NCBI GenBank assembly: GCA_050950765.1
Contig: JBMNIF010000003.1
Location: 288,001 to 352,000, forward strand
DNA length: 64,000 nucleotides
Direction of reading: 5' to 3'
From: Bdellovibrionota bacterium
GTDB lineage: Bacteria; Bdellovibrionota_C; UBA2361; JAAYZI01
Shown: in pieces, positions 1 to 10,342 of the stretch
How positions within the stretch are numbered: the first letter of the stretch is position 1
Layout of the letters: every line of letters begins with the position of its first letter
The notes under the pieces: model-generated
Told to the model about the DNA's origin: nothing
What the model saw: the letters and a program-made list of their open reading frames with translations, nothing else
Databases searched by the model: none
Position numbers and translations under genes: made by a program

Positions 1-385
1 CGCTCATTTCTCTTTACAACGCCTTTCCCAAGTTCTAAGAATTCCACTTCTACCATCCTATTTTTCAATTAATATTTTTTCTCCGTCTACAAGACTACCC
101 CCTATACTACCCCCAGATAATAAGTATAGTCAAAATCATTGTTTTATTTTTCACAATTTTTTAATGGCACCTAATTTTGAGGAGATCTGCCCTCCATTTT
201 TAAATCCTTGTTCTAAAAAACCGATTTCACCTATAAAAAAGACATTCCTAGAAAAAACTTTGTGTATTTCCATTATTTTTCATTAAAAACACTAAAGAAA
301 TTTTGTAGAAGACGCCGATTACCTCCCTGACGGTGAAGCACAAGAAGTTTTTTGCTGAAGTTCAGAACAAGGAAGGGAGGAGAAT

Positions 386-1951
386 ATGCCTTTACAAGTG
401 ACAATCATCTCTATCGATATAGATGACATGATATCCAGTCCGGCTATTAAGATTTTTGATCAAGAAATTATTAATTTCGGAAGAAATCCTGCCTGTAATA
501 ATGTGGTTTTAGATCGTCCTGAAATTTCCGGTAAGCATATGCGAATCCGTGTCGAAAAAGACGAAGATAATACACAGAAAATTTTTGTAAGCGATCTTGG
601 AAGTTTAAATAAAACGACCATAGAGGGAGAGGAGTTAGAGCCTAATGTAGAATACGAACTACGTCCAGGGCAACGTATCAGTTTAGGATCATATATTGTT
701 AAACCGGTTCTGATCGAAGATAACAACACCCTCTCCTCTATTAGTAGCCCTTTCGACCAAAACGGCTCTCTTACCACACAGGGTAGCGAATATAAATCTA
801 TTGATACCAGACACCCTGAAGATGAAGGCTTTCAAAGTCTCAGCACTTTTGATGTCGAAAGTGTTTCTCAAGAAGGATCTCTAGTTCAAGCTGAAGTGAC
901 CTCTCACCATGAAAGTGTTGATTTTTTAAGTAGCTCCTGCGATGAGTGTTCAGACAAAAATCCGTTTTTATCTTACGACGAACTATCATGTGAACCTCAA
1001 GCAGATAGCGCCATACAGGATTCCATAATACCAGAACCAACAGATTATATCCCTGACTTTGAACCTGAAGGAGAGATAACGGATCTTAATAACTTTACAC
1101 AGTTAAAAGACGACGACGAAGATGAAGAAATAGTTGCACCTGAAGAAGATAGTGAAGAAGTTATCCGTACGCCTCGCATATTTTCTAACATAGAAACAGA
1201 TGACGATGAGATAAGTGCTACTGAAGAAGTTGAATCAGTTGTCACTGAAAGTACTATTAACGAACTAAACTTTGATGCTATCCAAGTTTTTAAAATCAGC
1301 GGCAAGGTTTTGCACAAAGGCAAACCTTTAGCAGGCGTTAAGATTGAGGCTGCCGAGCTAGGCGAATGTCAGACCAATGCCAAAGGAGTTTTTTCTTTTG
1401 ATGAGGTGGACGAAGATACAACATATAAAATCATCCCTTCAAAAGCACAATTTATCTTTAGTGGTGATAATTCCGAAGGAACTTTACAAGATAATGTTCA
1501 TATTGAATTTACTGCAACTCGACTTTTTAAGATCCACGGGAAAGTCGTTGATAAAAATGGTAACGGCATTGAAGATGTTAAGGTAAATGGAGGTGACTTA
1601 GGTGTTGTTAACACCAACTCTAACGGCTCCTTTGAATTCTCAAACATTCCAGATGGAACAACTTACGATATCTCCTTTGAAAAGGAGAACTATCTCTTTT
1701 TAGAAAAGAATTTGAGCGGCACTTTAGAAAAGGATAACGAAGTGACAGTTGCTGCCACAAAGATGTTAAAAATTGAAGGTATTATCAGACATAAAGGCAC
1801 TCCTTTAAGTGATGTTCAGGTAGATGGCGGTCCCTTAGGAAAAACAACAACAGATGAAAAAGGGTATTACTGTTTTGGAAATGTTCCTGAAGGCACGGAA
1901 TACTCCATCACTCTTTCAAAAGAAGGTTACAGGTTTGGAAAAAGTAAATAA
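386..1951 (+). CDS. FHA-domain protein with acidic linker and three C-terminal carboxypeptidase-regulatory-like beta-sandwich repeats
   Basis: FHA motifs FGR..ISGKH..DLGSLNKT; D/E-rich linker; three ~79-aa repeats (KIxGxV..G.PL.GV.V...G..T...G.F.F..V.EGT.Y.I..SK..Y.F). Confidence 0.8.
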   Translation: MPLQVTIISIDIDDMISSPAIKIFDQEIINFGRNPACNNVVLDRPEISGKHMRIRVEKDEDNTQKIFVSDLGSLNKTTIEGEELEPNVEYELRPGQRISLGSYIVKPVLIEDNNTLSSISSPFDQNGSLTTQGSEYKSIDTRHPEDEGFQSLSTFDVESVSQEGSLVQAEVTSHHESVDFLSSSCDECSDKNPFLSYDELSCEPQADSAIQDSIIPEPTDYIPDFEPEGEITDLNNFTQLKDDDEDEEIVAPEEDSEEVIRTPRIFSNIETDDDEISATEEVESVVTESTINELNFDAIQVFKISGKVLHKGKPLAGVKIEAAELGECQTNAKGVFSFDEVDEDTTYKIIPSKAQFIFSGDNSEGTLQDNVHIEFTATRLFKIHGKVVDKNGNGIEDVKVNGGDLGVVNTNSNGSFEFSNIPDGTTYDISFEKENYLFLEKNLSGTLEKDNEVTVAATKMLKIEGIIRHKGTPLSDVQVDGGPLGKTTTDEKGYYCFGNVPEGTEYSITLSKEGYRFGKSK

Positions 1952-2036
1952 CTGACAGCCGTAAACTTTTCTTTTATTACAAATAAGCAAAACTTTTCTG
2001 CAGAGACCTTAAAAGTGGTATAAAATTTTTATATCA

Positions 2037-2597
2037 TCAAGGGGTAGCTCGCATAGTATATATAGCTGGGAGCGAACGCCATAAATCTGCGCTATCCATT
2101 CCATACCCAACGAACCAATCACTACCTTGATAACGCATCGCCACATAATCCGGCTCTAACGGTGTTTCTGTATCAGACTCTCGTTTAATACAGACAGCAG
2201 TTTTTACTTCACGAGCTCCAACCTTCTTAAACTCCGTTATTAACTTCATTAAGGTTCGTCCTGTATCACAGATATCATCAATCAAGAGAATAGCTGCACC
2301 TTGCAACTCAACATCATCACAAATAGTTACAATAGAAACCCCTTGCTCTGAAAGATGACCATCACAATCATAAGCAGTTGTACGAATAGGAACTACCTTC
2401 ACCGGATAGGAAATTTCACGTAATAGATCGGCAGCAAAGAAAAGAGCTCCCCTCAGAATCGGCATCGCGATAACTTCCTGTTTTGATTCTTCACACACTG
2501 TACCGACCCAAGAAGAGATCTGAGATCCCAATTCTTTAACACATGCAGCGATCTTTTCAGAGTCACAAAATAGTTTAAAATCGGAAGGTACTCTCAT
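2037..2597 (-). CDS. hpt: hypoxanthine phosphoribosyltransferase-like protein
   Basis: ILRGALFFAADL, PRPP motif ILLIDDICDTGRT, FVGYGMD; ATG at 2597 preferred over the track start 2639. Confidence 0.8.
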   Translation of the reverse strand: MRVPSDFKLFCDSEKIAACVKELGSQISSWVGTVCEESKQEVIAMPILRGALFFAADLLREISYPVKVVPIRTTAYDCDGHLSEQGVSIVTICDDVELQGAAILLIDDICDTGRTLMKLITEFKKVGAREVKTAVCIKRESDTETPLEPDYVAMRYQGSDWFVGYGMDSADLWRSLPAIYTMRATP

Positions 2598-2660
2598 TTT
2601 TTTCTCTGCCACACATATCTTAAGACCTCTCAACCGCAAAAAAACGGCGAAGAGCGATCT

Positions 2661-3050
2661 TTATCTTTTAAAAACTAGCTCTATCTCCAGATCTGGAATT
2701 AACGCCTTTTTAACTGGGCACCCCTTTGCCGCCGCAGTTAACTTTTGCTGATCTAGATCCGAGACCGGATTAAGAAAAGTGACCGTTAAAACTATCTTTT
2801 GAATCTGATGAGTAGCTTCATTCATAATCCGTTCTACGAACATCTCCATTCCATCGATATCAATCTGATGATTTTTTGCAAACATCCCCATCATACTGGC
2901 AGTACAAGTTGCTAAAGAGGCGGCGAGTAAATCAGTAGGAGAGATCCCTTCTTGATCTTTCATAGCATCTGTAACAAAGGTAGCTCCTGAAGGCGTGTGT
3001 GTTGCTTGGCAACGTAGATCTCCAAGATATTTAACAGAAAAATTAGCCAT
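2661..3050 (-). CDS. OsmC/Ohr family protein
   Basis: SPTDLLAASLATC ... CPV two-Cys pattern. Confidence 0.85.
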   Translation of the reverse strand: MANFSVKYLGDLRCQATHTPSGATFVTDAMKDQEGISPTDLLAASLATCTASMMGMFAKNHQIDIDGMEMFVERIMNEATHQIQKIVLTVTFLNPVSDLDQQKLTAAAKGCPVKKALIPDLEIELVFKR

Positions 3051-3278
3051 AAAGTTTTCCTTTTATAATTTATGATTAAAACCGTTCTAAAAAGCTCTTC
3101 CAACTACAAAAAACAGCTCTTTTCCCCTAAATGTTATATGATATGCCGTAACTCTGAACAAGTTCTCTGCATACCTACAAAATTACCAAGATAAGATCTT
3201 ATCTTCAATATCCCTCCTTAACCATCTAAAGTGCTCAAGACCCTTTCTATTTTCAGCAAAACATATTAAGATGTTGGA

Positions 3279-4190
3279 ATGATAAAGTTTTATTTAAAAA
3301 TATTAATTATCCTTACGCTGCTGTGCCCGACCTTCGCTCTGACCTGCCCAAAGATTGGACCCTTTATCGATTACAACTGCGATGAGGTCATAAAGATAGC
3401 CTTTACAGGCGATAGCATCACATACGGTCGTGGTGATTATGTTAATGGGGATCAGGGGGGATTTGTCAGGCGACTTGCTAATCAATATCCGGAAGAGACG
3501 ATCTCTTTTAGAAATATAGGTGTTCCAGGTTGGAAGTCTGGCGAACTGTTACGTGGATTTAAGAAAAATCTTAACAAAGAAGAGTTCGGTATAACCAAGA
3601 GACGTTCACGCGATGCTGATGCAATCATTATAAAAGTCGGTGTTAACGACTGGTGGTGGCAAAAAGAACGCGGAGTAACACCAGCACGTGTTGTAACTAA
3701 TATAAGACGCTTGGTTAAATTCTTACGAAAAAGAGTTCCTGAAATCAGTCAAACTCCTGTGGAGCCTTTCATAGCGGTCTCCACCTTAATTCCGGCGAAA
3801 CGTGAATCTCAAAATGCTTTTGTTAAAGAGGTTAATCGTCTCCTCCTTAAATATAGAAGTCATAAACTACCTGTCTATATCAGGGCTGACACCTTTCCCA
3901 TTTCGTTAATAGATGAGTCAACGGTCCATCCAACTCCACGTGGCTATCAAAGACTGGCTAGAACTATGAGAAAATTCCTAAGAAGAGGTATGCCAGCAAT
4001 GATAAGAAAACTAAAGCTACGCCCAGATAAAGATAAAGATGGTGTTTACGACTACTTTGAAGAAAATAAGTTTTTTACAGATCCGAACCTTGCTGACACT
4101 GATGGCGATGGCTATTCAGATATGGAGGAGATCTTTATTATGCGCACAGATCCACTGGATCCATTTGATCCTCCCGTAGTAATAGAATAG
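3279..4190 (+). CDS. secreted SGNH/GDSL hydrolase with C-terminal DxDxDG (TSP3-like) Ca-binding repeats
   Basis: signal peptide; GDSITYG, GVND, DxxxxHP; DKDKDG, DTDGDGYSD..TDPLDP. Confidence 0.8.
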   Translation: MIKFYLKILIILTLLCPTFALTCPKIGPFIDYNCDEVIKIAFTGDSITYGRGDYVNGDQGGFVRRLANQYPEETISFRNIGVPGWKSGELLRGFKKNLNKEEFGITKRRSRDADAIIIKVGVNDWWWQKERGVTPARVVTNIRRLVKFLRKRVPEISQTPVEPFIAVSTLIPAKRESQNAFVKEVNRLLLKYRSHKLPVYIRADTFPISLIDESTVHPTPRGYQRLARTMRKFLRRGMPAMIRKLKLRPDKDKDGVYDYFEENKFFTDPNLADTDGDGYSDMEEIFIMRTDPLDPFDPPVVIE

Positions 4191-4216
4191 AAAAATATTG
4201 TAAAATACTTTAACAC

Positions 4217-4256
4217 AAAGCCTGAAAATGGATTACTTATCTTTTTCAGGCTTTTT
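4217..4256. terminator. bidirectional intrinsic terminator
   Basis: AAAGCCTGAAAA..TTTTCAGGCTTTTT hairpin between convergent genes. Confidence 0.65.
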
Positions 4257-4293
4257 ATGTACGCACAATAAATAACCGCCAAAAACAAGGCAT

Positions 4294-5010
4294 CTATTTA
4301 AAGAGTGATCTAATAAAATATAAGGCATGACGTGGCTTTAATTTAGAACGACCACCAGTACGAAAAGCAAACTGATACCATACCTCCTCTATCTTTAACG
4401 GGCGAGGTAAGATTTTTAATAGTTCAAAGAAAACTTTATACCCACAAGGTTCAAAAGAATTTAAATGCTCTTTAATAGTCTGCTGCACTAGCGTAGTTCT
4501 TCCGCAGAAAAAACCTGACATCGGATCTGAAATTACTATCCCCTTACTCCGTAAAACCATCTTTGCAATTTTTGTAGAAATTTTCGTCATAATAACACGG
4601 TGCAACCCTTGATTCTCTTTATATGGAATTCTAGCACCTGCTACGATATCAACTCCGCTAAGAATTTTCTGCGCCATTTGAGCAAGCACCTGCGGAGGAT
4701 GTTGTAGATCTCCATCCATTACTACAAAAAACTTCGTAGTAACCATCATTACTGCATCTAGCACACTCGCTGTAAGCCCGTGTACAACTCCCGTCTTATC
4801 ACGTTCAAGCAACTGCACATCTTCAGGATAAACAGCTGCGAACTCCTTAACACACCTCTGCGTACCATCAGTAGAAGCATCATCAGCAACTATAATTTTA
4901 ATGGCAGGATATAAATTTTTAAGAGCTGTCAGCAGCATTGAGATCACAGAAGCTTCATTTAAGGTTGGAATTACAACAGTAAATTCGGAATAATTGGGAG
5001 CTTCTGTCAT
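4294..5010 (-). CDS. GT2 polyprenol-phosphate mannosyltransferase-like glycosyltransferase
   Basis: VVIPTLNE, DDASTDGT, MDGDLQHPP, DPMSGFF. Confidence 0.85.
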   Translation of the reverse strand: MTEAPNYSEFTVVIPTLNEASVISMLLTALKNLYPAIKIIVADDASTDGTQRCVKEFAAVYPEDVQLLERDKTGVVHGLTASVLDAVMMVTTKFFVVMDGDLQHPPQVLAQMAQKILSGVDIVAGARIPYKENQGLHRVIMTKISTKIAKMVLRSKGIVISDPMSGFFCGRTTLVQQTIKEHLNSFEPCGYKVFFELLKILPRPLKIEEVWYQFAFRTGGRSKLKPRHALYFIRSLFK

Positions 5011-5034
5011 TAAACTATCCTAAAAAAATAAAAT

Positions 5035-5994
5035 TTATCTGTATTGAGCTAAATTTCTAAGAACTCTTTCAGCCACATTTTCTACCTTTGCAGTAAAAAC
5101 CTCTCCTGTAATCTTCTCAAATGATGAAACATAATGCTCTGCCAGCTCCACTCTGTAATCATCACTAAAAGCGGGCGGTGTGCCGTTCCCTTTATACCCT
5201 TGTGTTAATAGCCACTGCCTGACAGGCTCTTTATCGAGCATCTTTGGAGAAACACCATTTTCAAAACACTCTTGATAAGTATCTGACAACCAAAAACGTG
5301 AAGAATCAAGGGTATGAATTTCATCTGCAAGAATCAATTTACCATCAAGAATACCGAATTCATACTTAGTATCAGCCAAAATTAGCCCCTGTTTTGCAGC
5401 TTCAGACTGTCCGAAACTGAAGAGTGCTAAAGCAGTTTCACGCACCTCCTGCCACAATTTTTTATCAACCAAGCCACTGGAAACTATTTCACCTTCAGAG
5501 ATCGGCATATCATGATCACCTTGTGCTGCTTTTGTTGAAGGGGTAATGATATTTTCCGACAACTTCTGCCAACAACGAATCCCCGCTGGTAACTGCACTC
5601 CACTAACTGGATTACCTGCTTCATAATCTCTCCATGCACTACCACTCAAATAACCACGTACTATCACCTCCACAGGAAGTATTTCGACATTTTTAACAAC
5701 TATTACATTCGGATCTGGTACTGAAATAATATGGTTTTCAACGATATCTGCTGTTTTTTTAAACCAATAAAGAGCTAAAGCATTTAAAACTTCTCCTTTA
5801 AAGGGGAGTGTTGTAACAACCGCATCAAAGCAGCTAAGTCTATCCGTTGTAATTAAGATTCGCTCTTTCCCTCTAAGATAACAGTCTCGAACCTTTCCGC
5901 CGTAACGTTCTCCAAGAAAATCAATATCCGTAGTATCTAACACATTTTTAAGTTGTGCATAAAAGATATCTTTTGATAGTTGCTTTACTTCCAT
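5035..5994 (-). CDS. purC: SAICAR synthetase
   Basis: GKVRD, TDRLSCFD, EVIVRGYLSGS, TPSTKA, DTKYEFG, DEIHTLDSSRFW. Confidence 0.95.
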   Translation of the reverse strand: MEVKQLSKDIFYAQLKNVLDTTDIDFLGERYGGKVRDCYLRGKERILITTDRLSCFDAVVTTLPFKGEVLNALALYWFKKTADIVENHIISVPDPNVIVVKNVEILPVEVIVRGYLSGSAWRDYEAGNPVSGVQLPAGIRCWQKLSENIITPSTKAAQGDHDMPISEGEIVSSGLVDKKLWQEVRETALALFSFGQSEAAKQGLILADTKYEFGILDGKLILADEIHTLDSSRFWLSDTYQECFENGVSPKMLDKEPVRQWLLTQGYKGNGTPPAFSDDYRVELAEHYVSSFEKITGEVFTAKVENVAERVLRNLAQYR

Positions 5995-6004
5995 TCTTTC
6001 TCCT

Positions 6005-7150
6005 TTAAATATTGGATCTTTCCTTTAACGTTTTACTTTTCTTTAAATTCCTTTTTTTCTTCTTAAAAAGCTTACCTTTCTTTTTTAATTCTTTCCTTTT
6101 AGATGTCGCAATAGCTAAATTTTTTCTTGCAACCTTAATAGCTGCTTTTTTTGCGGCGCACATTTTTTGCACTTTCCGTAAGTTGATCGCCGAACCCCAA
6201 GTCTTTTGCGCAAGTTGACGAAAGTTCTTGCTGCCTCGGGCGATCCCTTTAAGATGTAACGCTACGGCTAAGTTATTATAGAGCGCTATCGAGAGTTCAG
6301 GATCTGTTTTCTTATTAGAATACAACAAAGCACGACTATAAACAGAAATGGCACACTCTAAATAAGCTGCTTGAAAATTACCATCTTTAAACGCTTTTTG
6401 TAGATAACCGTTCCCTAATAAAAGTAACGGTAAAGCCTTATGTTCTCCCGATATCCACAAGGTATTTCTACTTGCAGCATAGTGCAACTCCTGCTCGGCA
6501 TAGCCAGAGAAGGAACCATCTGCATTAATCTCTTTTAATCCACTTAAAAAAGCAGCAAGAAACTTTGCTGTATCAATCCGTGGTTGATACGGGATCTTCT
6601 GACGTGAGACTCCTCCGATTAAAGTAAACCCAAGAATTTGATGGTGTGGTACTTCAACAAAAGAGAGGTTTATCCATTTCTGATCTCCCCAAATAATAGT
6701 TCTTTGAGAAGAGAGTGCTTCTTGATGATTTTTATAAACTCGATAGAAGCGCTTAGAGCTTACAACGCCTCGATACTTTAAGAGTTTATTCAACTCACTC
6801 CAAAACTCACGAGATTCATTTTCTATATCATCCCCAACTAAGGTTGCAACAAAAACAGCTTCACGATTAAAGGATAGATAAGGAATTAAAAAAACAGCTA
6901 CGGCAAAAAGAGCGCTAACTAATATTAATTTTAACGGAAAAAGTTTTCCTTTAATTCCGATATAAAACAACCAACACAGAAGAAAAGGGAAGATAGAGAT
7001 CTGTGCATATTGAATTTGAAATCCAAAAACAGTACGCAAAAGATAAAAGACCAAAAGAATAGGTAGAAAGGCGAGCACGGCCCACAACATCTTTTTCTTA
7101 CAACACGGAATTTCCGCCATAAAGCCCATCTTACAAAATATATCCATCAA
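6005..7150 (-). CDS. hypothetical membrane protein with TPR-like C-terminus and Lys-rich tail
   Basis: about three N-terminal hydrophobic segments; TPR-like ALYNNLAVAL; start uncertain. Confidence 0.55.
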   Translation of the reverse strand: MMDIFCKMGFMAEIPCCKKKMLWAVLAFLPILLVFYLLRTVFGFQIQYAQISIFPFLLCWLFYIGIKGKLFPLKLILVSALFAVAVFLIPYLSFNREAVFVATLVGDDIENESREFWSELNKLLKYRGVVSSKRFYRVYKNHQEALSSQRTIIWGDQKWINLSFVEVPHHQILGFTLIGGVSRQKIPYQPRIDTAKFLAAFLSGLKEINADGSFSGYAEQELHYAASRNTLWISGEHKALPLLLLGNGYLQKAFKDGNFQAAYLECAISVYSRALLYSNKKTDPELSIALYNNLAVALHLKGIARGSKNFRQLAQKTWGSAINLRKVQKMCAAKKAAIKVARKNLAIATSKRKELKKKGKLFKKKKRNLKKSKTLKERSNI

Positions 7151-7266
7151 TCGCCGAAAGGTGGGGTCGATCTTAGTCTTATGAAAGAAAATATATCAAG
7201 TCCCCATAGTATTTTCCGTATCTTACGGCTCTTCCTAGCTTTATTTTCTTATGATATTCTCAAAAT

Positions 7267-7791
7267 ATGGACAAGTTAAAGATTTTGACATACCCGAACC
7301 CGTTACTTGCACAAAAAGCTGAGCAGGTTACACACTTTGATGATGAGCTAAAAGATCTAGTCAAAAAGATGTTTGAACTGATGTACACAGAGGAAGGTGT
7401 GGGCTTGGCAGCTTCTCAAGTCGGGATCCTTAAACGTTTCGCCGTAATTGATATCTCTCCTACTCGCACGGAACCACTTGTCCTGATCAATCCCGAAATT
7501 ACAGAGAGAAGCGGAAGCGTTACTTGTAATGAAGGGTGTTTAAGCATCCCTGATTATAGAGAGACGGTTAAGCGAGATAAAGAGATCACAGTTGTTGCCC
7601 AAGACCTTGAGGGTGCACAATTTGAACTTAAAGCAGATGATTTACTTTCTCGTTGCATTCAACACGAAATGGATCACATGGATGGAGTGCTTTTCGTAGA
7701 TCGAGTTAGTGCATTAAAAAAACAGATTTTTAGGAAGTGGCGTAAAAAGCACGTTTTTGTTGAAGCCGATGTAGAGGAGAGTGATGAGTGA
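7267..7791 (+). CDS. def: peptide deformylase
   Basis: GVGLAASQ, EGCLS, QHEMDH motifs; adjacent to fmt. Confidence 0.97.
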   Translation: MDKLKILTYPNPLLAQKAEQVTHFDDELKDLVKKMFELMYTEEGVGLAASQVGILKRFAVIDISPTRTEPLVLINPEITERSGSVTCNEGCLSIPDYRETVKRDKEITVVAQDLEGAQFELKADDLLSRCIQHEMDHMDGVLFVDRVSALKKQIFRKWRKKHVFVEADVEESDE

Positions 7792-8770
7792 TTCTAAATT
7801 ACGCATCGCTTTTTTCGGTACTCCTGATTTTGCTGCAACGGCACTCTCTGCTCTGTGCGAAACAGAAAATACCACACCGATCTTAGTTGTTACGCAACCA
7901 GATCGCCCAGCAGGACGAGGTGGACACCTAAAAGGAAGTCCTGTTAAAGACGTTGCGCTATCTTACGATATACCACTTTTACAACCTGAAAGTATTAGAA
8001 AAGACCGAACATTCCTTGAAACTTTACACACCTTTGCCCCTATCGATATCGCAGTTATTGTAGCTTTCGGGCAGATTATCCCAGAGCCTATCCTCTCTCT
8101 TCCAAAAGCGGGCTTTGTTAATGTACACGCCTCACTACTACCACGTTGGCGTGGCGCTGCTCCGATACAACGCGCCATTCTCGCTTCAGATGAAGTGAGT
8201 GGCATCTCCTTAATGAAACTAGAAGCTGGACTTGATACAGGGCCGGTCTACTGCAAAGCTGAACTTCCCCTTGCGATTACAGATGACTTCGGTACTGTTC
8301 ATGACAAGTTGGCGCTACTGGGGGCTGATCTCTTGCGCAATAATCTTTATGACATTGCACGAGGTGATCTTTTAGCAATACCACAACCGATAGAGGGCAT
8401 CACTTATGCTAAAAAGATAGAAAATCATGAAGCTGAGATTGATTGGTCAAAAAGTGTACAAGATATTTATGCACAAATTAAAGCATTCTCTCCGTCTCCA
8501 GGGGCATTTTCATCATTTATGGGGAAACGCTTAAAAATCCTTAAAGCGCTACCGAAGCAGAACACTCTGCAAGCGGCACACTTTGCACCTGGTCAAATAT
8601 CTTTTTGTGACAAAAAAAATATTTTAGAGATAGAATGTTCAAACGGCTCATTGGCGCTACAAGAGATCCAGCTTGAAGGGAGAAAGCGAATGTCCGTTGC
8701 GGACTTCTTACGCGGAAATCGTGTTAGTGTCGGAACATTTTTAGGTACAAAAAAAACGGCTAACGATTAA
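7784..8770 (+). CDS. fmt: methionyl-tRNA formyltransferase
   Basis: FFGTPDFA, TQPDRP, NVHASLLPRWRGAAPIQ. Confidence 0.97.
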   Translation: MSDSKLRIAFFGTPDFAATALSALCETENTTPILVVTQPDRPAGRGGHLKGSPVKDVALSYDIPLLQPESIRKDRTFLETLHTFAPIDIAVIVAFGQIIPEPILSLPKAGFVNVHASLLPRWRGAAPIQRAILASDEVSGISLMKLEAGLDTGPVYCKAELPLAITDDFGTVHDKLALLGADLLRNNLYDIARGDLLAIPQPIEGITYAKKIENHEAEIDWSKSVQDIYAQIKAFSPSPGAFSSFMGKRLKILKALPKQNTLQAAHFAPGQISFCDKKNILEIECSNGSLALQEIQLEGRKRMSVADFLRGNRVSVGTFLGTKKTAND

Positions 8771-8787
8771 TTTTACGGAGTTGAGTT

Positions 8788-9446
8788 ATGGGCAGCATAG
8801 GGACAGAGGTTATTATCGCACCGTCGTTACTTTCGGCAGATCTCGGAAGTTTAACAACCGAGATTCAAGATATAGAAGCGGTCGGTGCCAAGTGGTTACA
8901 TCTTGATGTAATGGACGGTGCTTTTGTGCCACCTATTACTTTTGGAGATAACGTTGTAAAGTTGGCGAGATCTGTTTCAAAGCTTCACCTTGATGTTCAT
9001 TTAATGATTGAAAAACCGGAAAAACATCTTGATGCTTTTATCAAAGCAGGTAGCAACACCATCACCTTTCATCAAGAAGCAACGCCGCACGCTCATAGGT
9101 TATTACATCAGATTAAATCTGCCGGTGTTTTAGCAGGTATTTCAATCAATCCTGCCACCCCCGTTTCAATGGTCTTTGATGTGTTAGACGTTTGCGATCT
9201 AGTTTTAGTAATGAGTGTTAACCCAGGTTGGGGCGGACAGAAGTTATTCAAAACTCATTGCAAAGAATAGCAGCTTTAAAAGAAGAGATTACGCGCCGAA
9301 ACTTAAATACCCGCATTGAGGTAGATGGCGGAATAAATAGCGTAACAGCTAAGGAGGTTAAGGCTGCAGGCGCTACCATCTTAGTGGCAGGTAACGCCAT
9401 CTTTGGAGAAAAAGATAGAAGAAGCGCTTTTAACGCTCTTAAATAA
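8788..9446 (+). CDS. rpe: ribulose-phosphate 3-epimerase, split by a 1-nt frameshift near 9245 (probably a sequencing error)
   Basis: IAPSLLSAD, HLDVMDG, MSVNPGWGGQ in the first frame; EVDGGIN, LVAGNAIF in the next; one added T restores GGQKFIQNS. Confidence 0.9.
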
Positions 9447-9450
9447 TGGA

Positions 9451-10315
9451 AAAACTGGTGCCACCCTTCAGGGACGGTTGGGCGGGCTGATACTACAAAA
9501 CAAGTCAGCTAGATCTGAACGGAGGTTAAAAAACTGGTGCCACCCTTCAGGGACGGTTGGGCGGGCTGTAACTGCAGAACGAGTCAGCTAGATCTGAACG
9601 GAGGTTAAAAAACTGGTGCCACCCTTCAAGAAACTGGTGCCACCCTTCAGGAAACTGGTGCCACCCACCAGTGCTACTAATAATATCAGGGCGTTAGCAA
9701 AAGTTAGAATTCGGCAGTTTTGGTGCCACCCACCAAGGACAGCAGAGCCCACTAGGACGATTAAGCGGGCTGATACTACAAAACAAGTCAGCTAGATCTG
9801 GACGGGGGTAAAAAGTGGGTGTCCTAATTGAAAAAAGAAAACTGGTGCCACCCTTCTTTGTTGCAGGCTGTCGCTGGTGCCACCCACCAGTGCTACTAAT
9901 AATATCAGGGCGTTAGCAAAAGTTAGGGCTTGGCGAATTTGGTGCCACCCACCAGTGCTACTAATAATATCAGGGCGTTAGCAAAAACCTCGAGCTTGGC
10001 GAATTTGGTGCCACCCACCATGCTGCTAGGACGGGCTGCAACTTGCAGATCGAATCGGCTAGATCTCTACGGGGGTTAAAAATTTGGTGCCACCCTTTAG
10101 GGCTGCAGACGCTTTGCAAATAGGACATCCAAAATCTAAAATTACAACATCAATAATATCAGGGCGTTAGCAAAAGTTAGAATTCGGCAGTTTTGGTGCC
10201 ACCCACCAAGGACGGCAGAGCCCACTAGGACGATTAAGCGGGCTGATACTAAAAAACGAAGTGGCTAGATCTGGACGGGGGTAAAAAGTGGGTGTCCTAA
10301 TTGAAAAAAGAAAGC
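9451..10315. repeat. modular REP/BIME-like repeat array built on TGGTGCCACCC
   Basis: 12 copies of TGGTGCCACCC (9456, 9535, 9614, 9635, 9656, 9721, 9843, 9875, 9940, 10006, 10085, 10194) with reused linker modules. Confidence 0.9.
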
Positions 10316-10342
10316 ACTTTAGGGCTGATCGCGGGGGTATCC

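Noticed and set aside
8788..9446. Programmed frameshift or true pseudogene in rpe
   Set aside because: No slippery heptamer; a single missing T in an otherwise intact housekeeping gene is more simply a sequencing error
9403..9591. 62-aa ORF after rpe
   Set aside because: Translation of the repeat array, overlapping rpe
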